Below, in pieces: positions 8,717 to 17,314 of a DNA stretch of 24,508 nucleotides. The first letter of the stretch is position 1, and each line of letters opens with the position of its first letter. The DNA comes from a virus: UHGV virus genome UHGV-0135138. One strand, 5' to 3'. The position numbers and the translations under genes are program-made. Below the pieces are notes generated by a model. That model was not told where the DNA came from. It saw nothing but the letters and a program-made list of their open reading frames with translations, and did not search any database.

Positions 8717-9463
8717 ATGTCTAATACCCATGTAAAAAACATCAAACTTGGTGCCTGTAAGGTGTCGTTTGGTGGTGTGGATTTGGGGTACACCAAAGGT
8801 GGTGTTCAGGTTGAAGTTGCCACTGAAACGCTGAAAGTCACCGTCGACCAGCACGGTCAGACAATTATGTCCGAGCTGGTGCAGGGTCGTAACATTACCA
8901 TTACTGCGCCGCTGGCCGAGTCTGTATTGAAAAATATGGTCGATCTGATGCCGGGGTCTACTCTGAGCGAAGACGACAACGCTGTGACCATTACTTCCGC
9001 ACAGGGCGTCAATCTGATCGATGTGGCGAAGGAGCTGGTTCTGACTCCGCAGGACACCACCGACTATGTGTTGACCATCCCAAAAGCGGCAACCGCGGGC
9101 AACTTCACGATGACCTACCAGTCTGATGATATCCGTGTGTTCTCTGTTCAATTCAGCGCATACCCAGATGACGCGGGTGTGTTGGGGAAAATGGGAATGC
9201 ACAAGCCTGTTGAGAGTATCGCGATTAATTCAGCTACCCAAACAGTCAAAGTGGGGGCAAAACTCCAGTTAAGTGCGGCTTTCACTCCAGCGGATGCAAG
9301 TAATAAATCTGGGGTATGGGAGTCTAATGCCCCAGATAAGGCTGTTGTAGATCAAAATGGGGTTGTTTCGGGCAAGGCGGTTGGCTCAGTCGAGATTACT
9401 TTCACCGCCGATGACAGCGGAAAAAAAGCAACTAAATCAATTTCGGTAACAGCAGCAGGCTAA
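8717..9463 (+). CDS. major tail (tube) protein with C-terminal Ig-like (Big_2-type) domain
   Basis: ORF is open from 8681, but the ATG at 8717 follows the strong RBS AAAGGAAAAAGGAG, giving ~248 aa. The C-terminal ~85 aa (IAINSATQTVKVGAKLQLSAAFTPADASNKSGVWESNAPDKAVVDQNGVVSGKAVGSVEITFTADDSGKKATKSISVTAAG) has the same Ig-like pattern as the 5398-6057 product. Followed by a hairpin and the chaperone-tape measure pair. Confidence 0.8.
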   Translation: MSNTHVKNIKLGACKVSFGGVDLGYTKGGVQVEVATETLKVTVDQHGQTIMSELVQGRNITITAPLAESVLKNMVDLMPGSTLSEDDNAVTITSAQGVNLIDVAKELVLTPQDTTDYVLTIPKAATAGNFTMTYQSDDIRVFSVQFSAYPDDAGVLGKMGMHKPVESIAINSATQTVKVGAKLQLSAAFTPADASNKSGVWESNAPDKAVVDQNGVVSGKAVGSVEITFTADDSGKKATKSISVTAAG

Positions 9464-9468
9464 ACGTC

Positions 9469-9494
9469 ATACGAGGCTTAATTAGGCCTCGTAT
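9469..9494 (+). terminator. stem-loop (possible partial terminator / attenuator) after the major tail protein gene
   Basis: ATACGAGGC-ttaattag-GCCTCGTAT, a 9-bp stem followed by CTTGTAT (only a partial U tract). Confidence 0.45.
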
Positions 9495-9517
9495 CTTGTA
9501 TAAAAGGATTTTAACAA

Positions 9518-9835
9518 ATGACCAAATTACTCGATCTCGATTCCATTCTGCCTCCGAAGAAAAGTATCAAATTTGGCGGTCAGGAATATCCCATCGTTGA
9601 AATGACGGTAGGTCTGTTCGTTTCCATCAAGCAGATGGAAGGTAAAGATCTCATGAACATGTCTCCTGTTGAGCAGGTGACAGCTTATGCAGATCTGGTT
9701 CGTAAGGTTATCCCTTCTGTACCTGACGAAGTTCTTGAAAAACTGACTGTTCCGCAACTCCAGCAGATCTTCAACTTCGCTATGGAAGTGATTGATGAAG
9801 AAAACGAAAAAGCGGCTGGCGAAGGGGCAAAGTAA
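9518..9835 (+). CDS. tail assembly chaperone (lambda G-like position)
   Basis: 105-aa acidic protein between the major tail protein and tape measure genes. Its 3' end overlaps an open downstream frame in the -1 register, the conserved chaperone arrangement. Confidence 0.7.
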   Translation: MTKLLDLDSILPPKKSIKFGGQEYPIVEMTVGLFVSIKQMEGKDLMNMSPVEQVTAYADLVRKVIPSVPDEVLEKLTVPQLQQIFNFAMEVIDEENEKAAGEGAK

Positions 9836-10185
9836 TTTCCCGCGATGAATCCGGGACAAGGACCGTCTCAATAGATCTCGGATTCTATTTCAGTCGTGTA
9901 GTTGCTCACTACGCCGTGTCGCCATTAGAGCTATTGAACATCCCTCTCACGATGTTCTGGATGCTCAGCCGTAATATAGACCGTCTGCGTGCGGAAGAAG
10001 ATGTCCGCAACTTACAAGTCGCTCGTGTATCCCAGGCGAATGGCGAGGCTGTAAAGGCGTTCATGGAGGGGTTGCAACTCAGGATTGGAAGACCAGTCGT
10101 TACAGATAAAGTCTACGATCCAAGCCAGGATAAGGCAGACCCTGACGCCAAAGAGCAACTGATGCAAATATTTGGCAGAGGATGA
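9799..10185 (+). CDS. -1 frame extension of the tail assembly chaperone (lambda GT-like frameshift product, putative)
   Basis: The -1 frame is open from 9799 (after TGATGA at 9793-9798) to the stop at 10183-10185 and overlaps the last 12 codons of the chaperone ORF. Candidate slip site is the A5G run at 9807-9812 (GAA AAA G). The only internal start is a GTG at 9916 with no RBS, so independent initiation is unlikely. Confidence 0.5.
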   Translation, partial: RKRKSGWRRGKVISRDESGTRTVSIDLGFYFSRVVAHYAVSPLELLNIPLTMFWMLSRNIDRLRAEEDVRNLQVARVSQANGEAVKAFMEGLQLRIGRPVVTDKVYDPSQDKADPDAKEQLMQIFGRG

Positions 10186-10192
10186 CAAGGGA

Positions 10193-13100
10193 ATGTCACA
10201 AAACGTAGAGTTTATCCTGTCGCTGGAAGACAAACAGTTTACAGCGACAATCGATCGTGCGGGGAAACTGCTTACTCGATTTGGTGAGCAGGTAACAAAG
10301 CCTGCTCAAAAAATCCAAACCTTTGAACGCTCTTTGGGTTCGGTCGCCCGTATCATTGGCGTTCTGGAAAGCAAGCTCGATTCTACGGCAGACAAACTAC
10401 AGGATGTAGCTGCCGGTTTTGAGCTTGCTTCAGATGCTACGCGTAAAATGCGTGGCAACATCACCAGCCTCAATTCTGGTCTTAAAGCCCTGATTGAGCG
10501 CGTCGATACGACAACTTCTTCAGTAGATAAACTCACCGCGTCATTACGTAAAGTGCAATCAGAGCTAAATGATTTCTCTGATTGGGCGACCTATGCAAGC
10601 AAAAGCGCAAGCCGCTTTGGTACGGAGGTAAAAGAAGCCTCTGCGTCCGTGAGTGGTATGAATACGCGCCTTAATACCACGACGAAGCGACTCAGTAATT
10701 GGGGCGTCACAACGAGCCAGGCTGCCGAGGGGCTGAAAAAGGTTCGTGAGCAGATGGACGAAGTTATCGGACGTCAGCAACTGATTAGCAAGCCGGTACG
10801 CGTTCGTACATCTGGAAATGGCGATGGTGGTAGCGGTAGCGGTAGCGGGCAGCGTAGCGGCGCTTCTGGCCATAGAGGTAAAAGTAACGAAGGAGGTATG
10901 TTCTCTGGTCTTCGTGGCAACATTTTCCTGCTTGGCGAGATCGGAGATGCAGCCAGAACGGTTACTGACATCATGTTTGGGTGGCAGAAACCTATTGTTG
11001 AAGCTGCGGCCGAAATGGAACGTATGCGGGTGATGCTTCGAGGGTTGAATAAGGAGAAGTCCAACCCTGGCCAGGCTGCTGCTGATGATATGAAGTACAT
11101 CGTAGACATGGCTCAAAATGCGCCGTTCGCGATGCAGGCGTTAACAGACTCCTTCGTGAAGTTTCGTTCTGCTGGCTTAGATCCAACCGATGGTTCTCTA
11201 AAGGCGCTGGTGGACTCCGTTGCTCGTTTTGGTGGGGATAGCGAACTTCTGAAGCGTGCATCCATTGCTATTCAGCAAATGTCCGGTAAGGGCGTCGTGT
11301 CAATGGAAGAGCTACGTCAGCAATTAGGTGAGGCGATTCCGACAGCAATGAACGCAATGGCCAAGGCTGCTGGTCTGACAATGGGCGAGTTAACTAAAGC
11401 TGTAGCATCTGGAACGGTAGAAGCCAAAAACGCACTGGCACTTATGTTCAAAGAGTTGAAGATGCAGAACGAGGGAGCTGCGTCCGAAATGATGAACACA
11501 TTTACCGGTACGTTGGCGCAAATGAAGACAGCCTTTACGCTGTTCGCGGACAAAGTAGGCCAGACTGGTTATTTGTCTTCTTTAAGAGAGGGAATGAAAG
11601 AACTCACCTCCCTGATGAATAGCGCAGGGGGTACATCTTTTGCTCACTCGTTGGGAAGTGGATTGACAACGGCTGTGGATGGCTTGCGTGACCTGGCGAA
11701 ATGGCTGATTAAAAACCAGGAGCTTGTTGTCACTTTCGGCAAAGCCGTCGCTGTAACGATGGCCTTCAGACTCCTCAAATCGGGGATTTCTGGTGTCATC
11801 GGCACTGCTAATAGCATGATCAGCACCTTTGCTACGGTATCCACCACAATACAGGGGACATTTGATCTTGCGACGACAGCCGTTAAACGCTTCAATCGAG
11901 CCTCGCGCATGGGACTATCTACCATCCCAGCATTGATTTTTGCTATTCGCAATGCATTTGCTGGCTTGACTGCGTTCATGGCTGCAAACCCTATAGGATT
12001 CTTCTTTACTGCTGCGGTAACGGCGGTTTCGACGCTGATCTGGCACATGAGCAGTCTGAGGAAGAAAGTCGAAGACGTTGTAAACAAAGTCAGAGAAATC
12101 CCTGAAGCGATGACGCAGGCAGATCGCGCGATACTGGAAAGCGAACTGAGCAAGAAAGATCGAGAGATCGCCAGACTGGAAAAAGAAGTCGAGACTGGCA
12201 AAACCTTGCATTTTTCAGCATACACGGGACCGTACGAAGTTGGTGTCGATGTTGACGACAGCAAAAAGAAACTGGAAAAAACGCGAAAAGAAAGAGAGGA
12301 AGTCGCCAAAGCTCTTGATGGCGGCATAGCCGAAACCACCAAACAAAGCATTACTAAGAAATATAGAGAGGATATTGATGCGGTCAACCAGAAAGGGAAT
12401 GCATTAATAGCCTCACTCGCCAAAGAGATAGAAAGACTCACCAAAAGCAATGAGAAAATTGCCGCGCGGTCGGACTTGTCCGACCACGAAAAAAGCAAAT
12501 TAAGGGCAGAAAACAACGCAGAACTTGGACGTTTGTACGCCCAGGCCGACGAGCAAAAACTCAAAGGGTATAAAGCTCGTTATGAGAAGGGGCTTGGTGA
12601 ACTCGCCACATACTCAGAGGCGCTCAAAAAGGCCCAAGAGTCGAACGATATGCAGGGGCAAAAAGAAGCCCAGACAAAGATAGACTCCACCACCGAGGCT
12701 TTGAAGATTGTAAAAGAGGGGATGGAGAACCTTGAAATCAGTCTTAGCGTGAAAGCTGGGGACGGCTTGGTTTCTATTAATGGCGGTAAAATTGGTGAGT
12801 TTTCAAGCACACCAGTTGATGCTAATTCCAAAACTATGACTGGTTTTTGGAAACAGCAGATGGACTCTAAAAGGTATCAAAGAGTCAATCTCGATGGTTC
12901 CGCATTATACGACTTACAAGGTCAACCTGTTGTTGGGCCTCGACAACTCAAGGAGCAATTAAGACAGAAGAAAATTTACGGTGATGTGAAATTAGAGCAG
13001 TTGTCAGAAAATGACCGCATCGCAGTAATTAAGACTCTGACAAAAGCTCGTGAACTTGATGCTGAAGCAGCGGATAAGGCAGCAAACCGTACCGCAAAAG

Positions 13101-14767
13101 CAGCCGAGAGAGCAGCCAAGAAAGAACAGGCAGCGCAACAGAAACTGGCAGCCGGATACCAGAAGGCTCTGGACAAAGCCGATCAGCTTATGGGGCAAAT
13201 GGGGGAAAGCTCTAAGGCTACGGTATCGTTTGATCAGTCTCTTCGCGATACAACGAAATCGCTGACAGATTTGGCTAATGCGGTTCCTAACGAGTTCATC
13301 ACTCAAGAGATGATCGACAAGGCGAAAAAACGTCTTGAAGACCTCAAAAATGCGACACCTGAATATCGCGAGATGTTTAATCGCCGCAATGTTGAGCAGA
13401 TGATCTCCACTTGGGCACCGGAGGCGGATTCCATTATTAGTGCTGGCTATACGCCGTCTCGTGAAGAGAAAGTTGCTGATTTCGAAGACACCTACAACCG
13501 TAATCTTAAAGCATTGATTGATTTACGGAAAGCTGCGATTGAGTCAGGCACAGCATCACAAAGCCAGATTGAGTTGTTCGGTAAAAAGATCAATCAACTT
13601 ATTGCTGCTGGCAATACCGCGCTTATTAAAGAGACGGGGACTGCGACGCAGAAGTTGGCACTGGAATACGAAAACCTGGCAGAGCAGATCGAAAGCACCT
13701 GGACGGATTTGTTTAGTGGCTTAACTGATGTCCTGACTGATTTCGTTATTAACGGGAAGATGAGCTTCTCCAGCCTGTCTCAGTCCATTTTGAAAGATAT
13801 CACCAATATGGTCGTGAAGTCGCAGATCACGCTACCTCTGATGAACATGTTGGGGATGGGAACCACCGCAGCTGGTAGTTCGCAGAGTGGTAATTTGCTG
13901 ACCGGGGTTGCTTCCGCCGTTGCCAATCAAGGGGTACGAATGGGCAACACTGTTAATGGTGACAAGTCGGTAGGAGAAGCCACGAAGGAGACGTCCAGTT
14001 CGGTAACTGGATTGGGGCAAACGACACAGCAGACCACCAGCGCAATTGGTACTGCAACAAATGCGATTGGTAGCTGGGTATCAGGGCTATTTGATAGCAC
14101 TGAAGCCAAAGATACCGAGACAAAAGCCGTGAAGGACTCCATCTTCTCGATGCAGAACCTCAGCTCTGTTACCGGAGCGCTATCTGCCGCTTTTGCAATG
14201 CTTGGGGCTAACGCTTCCGGCTCTGGTAATAAGTGGTTGAATTTTGGAGCAACGGTTGCAACTGGCCTTGTTTCCGTCTGGGCTGGTGGTGGTTTTGATA
14301 AACTACTGTCAAGCTCTTCGAGAACAACTTCCGGCTTTAATAATCTGACCGGCCCAGCTGCTGACGGCACGAATGGCATCCCTGCAATTCCGAAGTTCGC
14401 AAATGGTGGCATATTCGGAAAAGACGGTGTGATTCCGCTTCGAGCGTATCAGAAAGGTGGTATTGCCAACTCTCCCCAATTGGCGTTGTTTGGAGAAGGT
14501 TCTATGAATGAGGCGTATGTTCCATTGCCTGATGGTCGAACGATCCCCGTAACGCTCAGTACCGATGGTATGAGTGGAAACGGAAACGTTCTTTCTCCGG
14601 TATCAATTGAGATCAACGTCCATAGTGACGGCAGCACAACTGAATCCGGTGATAAAGAAAGCATATGGAACAATGCCGCTCAACGGGTGAAAGCTGTCGT
14701 GCTTGAGACTATCGCTCAAGAGAAACGCCCTGGCGGATCACTCAATCCAAACACTCAACGTAACTAA
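10193..14767 (+). CDS. tail tape measure protein
   Basis: Very long ORF (open from TTG 10172; first ATG at 10193, ~1525 aa) directly after the chaperone pair. Extended helical/coiled-coil segments, internal hydrophobic stretches (GLSTIPALIFAIRNAFAGLTAFMAANPIGFFFTAAVTAVSTLIW), a Gly/Ser-rich tract, and a Gly-rich C-terminal region of the kind seen in lambda H (recalled). Confidence 0.9.
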   Translation: MSQNVEFILSLEDKQFTATIDRAGKLLTRFGEQVTKPAQKIQTFERSLGSVARIIGVLESKLDSTADKLQDVAAGFELASDATRKMRGNITSLNSGLKALIERVDTTTSSVDKLTASLRKVQSELNDFSDWATYASKSASRFGTEVKEASASVSGMNTRLNTTTKRLSNWGVTTSQAAEGLKKVREQMDEVIGRQQLISKPVRVRTSGNGDGGSGSGSGQRSGASGHRGKSNEGGMFSGLRGNIFLLGEIGDAARTVTDIMFGWQKPIVEAAAEMERMRVMLRGLNKEKSNPGQAAADDMKYIVDMAQNAPFAMQALTDSFVKFRSAGLDPTDGSLKALVDSVARFGGDSELLKRASIAIQQMSGKGVVSMEELRQQLGEAIPTAMNAMAKAAGLTMGELTKAVASGTVEAKNALALMFKELKMQNEGAASEMMNTFTGTLAQMKTAFTLFADKVGQTGYLSSLREGMKELTSLMNSAGGTSFAHSLGSGLTTAVDGLRDLAKWLIKNQELVVTFGKAVAVTMAFRLLKSGISGVIGTANSMISTFATVSTTIQGTFDLATTAVKRFNRASRMGLSTIPALIFAIRNAFAGLTAFMAANPIGFFFTAAVTAVSTLIWHMSSLRKKVEDVVNKVREIPEAMTQADRAILESELSKKDREIARLEKEVETGKTLHFSAYTGPYEVGVDVDDSKKKLEKTRKEREEVAKALDGGIAETTKQSITKKYREDIDAVNQKGNALIASLAKEIERLTKSNEKIAARSDLSDHEKSKLRAENNAELGRLYAQADEQKLKGYKARYEKGLGELATYSEALKKAQESNDMQGQKEAQTKIDSTTEALKIVKEGMENLEISLSVKAGDGLVSINGGKIGEFSSTPVDANSKTMTGFWKQQMDSKRYQRVNLDGSALYDLQGQPVVGPRQLKEQLRQKKIYGDVKLEQLSENDRIAVIKTLTKARELDAEAADKAANRTAKAAERAAKKEQAAQQKLAAGYQKALDKADQLMGQMGESSKATVSFDQSLRDTTKSLTDLANAVPNEFITQEMIDKAKKRLEDLKNATPEYREMFNRRNVEQMISTWAPEADSIISAGYTPSREEKVADFEDTYNRNLKALIDLRKAAIESGTASQSQIELFGKKINQLIAAGNTALIKETGTATQKLALEYENLAEQIESTWTDLFSGLTDVLTDFVINGKMSFSSLSQSILKDITNMVVKSQITLPLMNMLGMGTTAAGSSQSGNLLTGVASAVANQGVRMGNTVNGDKSVGEATKETSSSVTGLGQTTQQTTSAIGTATNAIGSWVSGLFDSTEAKDTETKAVKDSIFSMQNLSSVTGALSAAFAMLGANASGSGNKWLNFGATVATGLVSVWAGGGFDKLLSSSSRTTSGFNNLTGPAADGTNGIPAIPKFANGGIFGKDGVIPLRAYQKGGIANSPQLALFGEGSMNEAYVPLPDGRTIPVTLSTDGMSGNGNVLSPVSIEINVHSDGSTTESGDKESIWNNAAQRVKAVVLETIAQEKRPGGSLNPNTQRN

Positions 14768-14772
14768 CTATC

Positions 14773-14794
14773 GACTGCCCCAGACGGGGCAGTC
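14773..14794 (+). other. GC-rich stem-loop with no U tract at the tape measure / M junction
   Basis: GACTGCCCC-agac-GGGGCAGTC, a 9-bp perfect stem. It is followed by a second small hairpin, TCACA-agga-TGTGA, that places the AGGA Shine-Dalgarno of the next gene in its loop. Confidence 0.5.
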
Positions 14795-14809
14795 TCACAA
14801 GGATGTGAG

Positions 14810-15145
14810 ATGGAAAGACAAACGTTTAATTGGTATCCAGATTACGAATCTGAAAAAAGCGTAAAACCGAATGTAACGGTACTTAATTTTGGTGATGACT
14901 ACGAGCAGCGACAGGCTCAAGGTCTTAATCGTATTAAAGAAGAATGGTCGTTAACCTTTTCCAGACTATACAACGAAATTAATGCAATCGATGACTTCCT
15001 GACAGAGCGAGCAGGCGTTGAGTCGTTCTATTGGGTTAATCCAAGAGGCAAGCAGATTGTAGTTGCATGTGACAGTCATACGATCAAGCGATATCGAGGG
15101 TACGCTGTATTAACAGCATCATTCAGACAAGTATTTGAGACTTAA
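14810..15145 (+). CDS. M: minor tail protein, lambda M homologue
   Basis: 111 aa. Motif FGDDYEQRQAQGLN matches the lambda gpM motif FGDGYSQRAPAGLN as I recall it; size and position (first gene after the tape measure) also match. Confidence 0.8.
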   Translation: MERQTFNWYPDYESEKSVKPNVTVLNFGDDYEQRQAQGLNRIKEEWSLTFSRLYNEINAIDDFLTERAGVESFYWVNPRGKQIVVACDSHTIKRYRGYAVLTASFRQVFET

Positions 15146-15151
15146 CTATCT

Positions 15152-15174
15152 GGATAAGTAAGTTCTAATTTACT
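15152..15174 (+). promoter_or_regulatory. TAAGTAAGT-containing AT-rich element (GGATAAGTAAGTTCTAATTTACT) upstream of L
   Basis: Member of the TAAGTA junction-motif family, 7 nt after the M stop. Followed by a 6-bp stem hairpin, GGCGCT-n11-AGCGCC (15183-15205). Confidence 0.3.
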
Positions 15175-15227
15175 ATTATTATGGCGCTGACAGGATGTTA
15201 GCGCCTACTTATTTCAAGGATGAAACA

Positions 15228-15926
15228 ATGGGAATTAAAGCTGATATTCAGAGCTTATCTCCCTCAGCACTCATTGAGTTGTTCGTACTGGATATGTCGA
15301 ATACAACTTCAGGGGGGGAACTATTCTTCCACGCCGGAACAAACGAACTAATGCAACCGGTCGTCTGGCAAGGAGTGACATATGAGCCGTGGCCAATCAA
15401 AGCATCAGGCTTTGACAAAACGGGCCAGGGAACGTTGCCACGTCCAAAAATTCAGGTATCGAACTTTGCCGGAACCGTCTCTGCGGAAGTTCAGGCAAAC
15501 GACGATCTTGTTGGCTGCCGCGTTATTCGTAAGATGACGCTGGCTCGCTTCCTCGATGCCGTTAATTTTAAAGACGGCAACCCAACAGCAGATCCAAACC
15601 AACATTTCCCGGATGAAATGTGGTTTATCGAACAGAAAACTCTCGAAACTCATCAGGTTGTCGAGTTTGAATTGTCCAGTGTGTTCGATTTGATGGGAGT
15701 GCAACTGCCGTATCGTCAGATCATTAAAAATACCTGCCCGTGGAAATACCGAGGAGCAGAATGCGGCTATACCGGTCCATATTTCGACAAAAATAACCAG
15801 CAGACGTCTATGGCTGGTGCGGATTACTGCACAAAACGTTATGACGCTTGTAATGCACGTCGGAATTATTTTGCCGACGGTGTGATCCATTTTGGCGGAT
15901 TTATTGGAGCTACGCGGTATGGGTAA
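15228..15926 (+). CDS. L: minor tail protein, lambda L homologue
   Basis: ORF is open from 15195, but the ATG at 15228 has an AAGGA RBS 7 nt upstream. Strong similarity to lambda gpL as recalled: VVWQGVTYEPWPIKASGFDKTGQGTLPRPKIQVSN vs VTWQGRQYQPYPIQGSGFELNGKGTSTRPTLTVSN, and ARFLDAVNFKDGN vs ARFLDAVNFVNGN. Conserved Cys cluster (CPWKYRGAECGYTG). Confidence 0.9.
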   Translation: MGIKADIQSLSPSALIELFVLDMSNTTSGGELFFHAGTNELMQPVVWQGVTYEPWPIKASGFDKTGQGTLPRPKIQVSNFAGTVSAEVQANDDLVGCRVIRKMTLARFLDAVNFKDGNPTADPNQHFPDEMWFIEQKTLETHQVVEFELSSVFDLMGVQLPYRQIIKNTCPWKYRGAECGYTGPYFDKNNQQTSMAGADYCTKRYDACNARRNYFADGVIHFGGFIGATRYG

Positions 15927-16716
15927 TAAAGCAATCCCTGAGCTTGGCTCTGACGTTATGCAGCAAATCTATCTCTGTGCCATAAATCACTACCCTAATG
16001 AAGCGTGTGGCTTTCTGGTAAGAACTAATGGCGATAAATATCGCTTTATGGAAGCGCGAAATGTTTCGGAGAACCCGCAGAACACTTTTGTAATGCACGT
16101 TGACGACATTATGGCGGCAGAGGATGCAGGTGATGTTATCGCAATCTGGCATTCACATACTGATGAATCAGCAGAAGCATCTGATGCCGATCGTGCAGGC
16201 TGCGAAGCAACGGAAGTTCCGTGGATGATTCTGGCTATTCGCAAGAATGTTGAGGGAGATGCGCCTTTCCATTTTAGCGAGATGAATGTGATCACACCTG
16301 ATGGTTTCGAAATGCCATACCTGGGCAGACCTTATGTCTTTGGTGTGTTCGATTGCTGGATGTTGTGTCGGGACTATTTGAAGCGTGAGTTTGATATTGG
16401 GGTTAACTCCAATCCACATCTGCATATTCCATCGTGGTACACAGGCGATAACGATATTCTAGGCCAGAACTACCACAATGAGAGATTGGTGCGTCTGAAA
16501 CCTGGAACGGAACCTCAGCGTGGAGACATTTTTCTCATTCAATACGGGAAAATGCCCGATCACTGTGTGGTTTATATTGGCGATGGGATGATTTTACATC
16601 ACCAAATTGATCGCCTTAGTTGTCGTGCTTATTACGGCGGGATGTATCAGAAACATACGACGCATCACTTGCGTCACAGAGACTTGCTCAAGGGAGATGA
16701 GACGTGTCTGAGTTAG
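15919..16716 (+). CDS. K: tail tip assembly protein, lambda K homologue (MPN/JAMM plus NlpC/P60 domains)
   Basis: ORF is open from 15892; the ATG at 15919 has a GGAG RBS 9 nt upstream and overlaps the L stop. N-terminal JAMM signature (EACGF ... HSHTDESAEASDAD, i.e. H-x-H-x7-S-x2-D). C-terminal NlpC/P60-like Cys/His motifs (FDCWMLCRDY ... HCVVYIGDGMILHH) parallel lambda gpK (DCYTLFRDAY ... HAAIYCGDGELLHH, recalled). Confidence 0.9.
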   Translation: MGNKAIPELGSDVMQQIYLCAINHYPNEACGFLVRTNGDKYRFMEARNVSENPQNTFVMHVDDIMAAEDAGDVIAIWHSHTDESAEASDADRAGCEATEVPWMILAIRKNVEGDAPFHFSEMNVITPDGFEMPYLGRPYVFGVFDCWMLCRDYLKREFDIGVNSNPHLHIPSWYTGDNDILGQNYHNERLVRLKPGTEPQRGDIFLIQYGKMPDHCVVYIGDGMILHHQIDRLSCRAYYGGMYQKHTTHHLRHRDLLKGDETCLS

Positions 16717-17297
16717 TTCATGTGCAGCTTGGCGGCCCTATGGCCAAACATTTTGGCCGCCACTGGCATCTAAAGGTACGCAATACAAAACAGGCTCTGG
16801 ATTTAATTGAGGCCAACAAGCCTGGGTTTAAGGCATGGATGAAGCGCAATATCAAAACCTATGACAGATACCACATCCAGATCACCAATAAACAGGGCCA
16901 CAAGTGGTCTGTGGACGAGAGTGAATATCAGATGATGGGGCAGTCTGACAACATTGCCAAAATCCGCATTACCCCTGTTCCGCGAGGAAGTGGTGGATCT
17001 GCCTTTGGGTGGTTTCAGACGATTGTGGGGGCCACTTTATTGGTGGCATCTTTTTTTGGCTTGCCCGCTCTTGCGCCTCTCGGTTTGTCACTGATGATGG
17101 GCGGTATAGCGCAAATCATATCTCCGCAAGCCACTAACGAAAGTGTGAGGCAGGCGGATAACTCGAACTCTTATTACTTCGATGGGCCTCAAAACACAAC
17201 AAACCAGGGGAACCCTGTACAGCTTATCTATGGCGAGGAAATTTTAGTTGGCTCACAGGTCGTGAGTTCTTCTATCACCATCGACCAGCTAATGTAA
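16704..17297 (+). CDS. I: tail assembly protein, lambda I homologue
   Basis: GTG start with GGGAG RBS 7 nt upstream, overlapping the end of K. Hydrophobic/Gly-rich centre (LMMGGIAQIISPQA vs lambda LGGVAQMLAPKA) and C-terminal PVQLIYGEEILVGSQVVSSSITI vs lambda LPVLYGEMRVGSRVVSQEIST (recalled). Confidence 0.85.
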   Translation: MSELVHVQLGGPMAKHFGRHWHLKVRNTKQALDLIEANKPGFKAWMKRNIKTYDRYHIQITNKQGHKWSVDESEYQMMGQSDNIAKIRITPVPRGSGGSAFGWFQTIVGATLLVASFFGLPALAPLGLSLMMGGIAQIISPQATNESVRQADNSNSYYFDGPQNTTNQGNPVQLIYGEEILVGSQVVSSSITIDQLM

Positions 17298-17314
17298 TCA
17301 AGGATTTTTTGGAC

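Noticed and set aside
11644-12564. 306-aa minus-strand ORF, plus other long antisense ORFs (3528-4025, 4449-4865, 13927-14412, 10565-11116)
   Set aside because: All lie entirely inside well-supported + strand structural genes, have low-complexity Ser/Leu/Ala-rich translations typical of antisense frames of coiled-coil or Ala-rich coding sequence, and lack RBS or promoter context.
8681-17311. Longer upstream starts given by the ORF track (8681, 15195, 15892, 7353, 8136, 10172, 17309, 24097)
   Set aside because: Each internal ATG or GTG (8717, 15228, 15919, 7449, 8259, 10193, 17315, 24106) has a better-placed Shine-Dalgarno or coupled stop-start geometry. Several of the upstream candidates are TTG or would overlap the preceding gene extensively. 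Start choice remains uncertain by a few codons.
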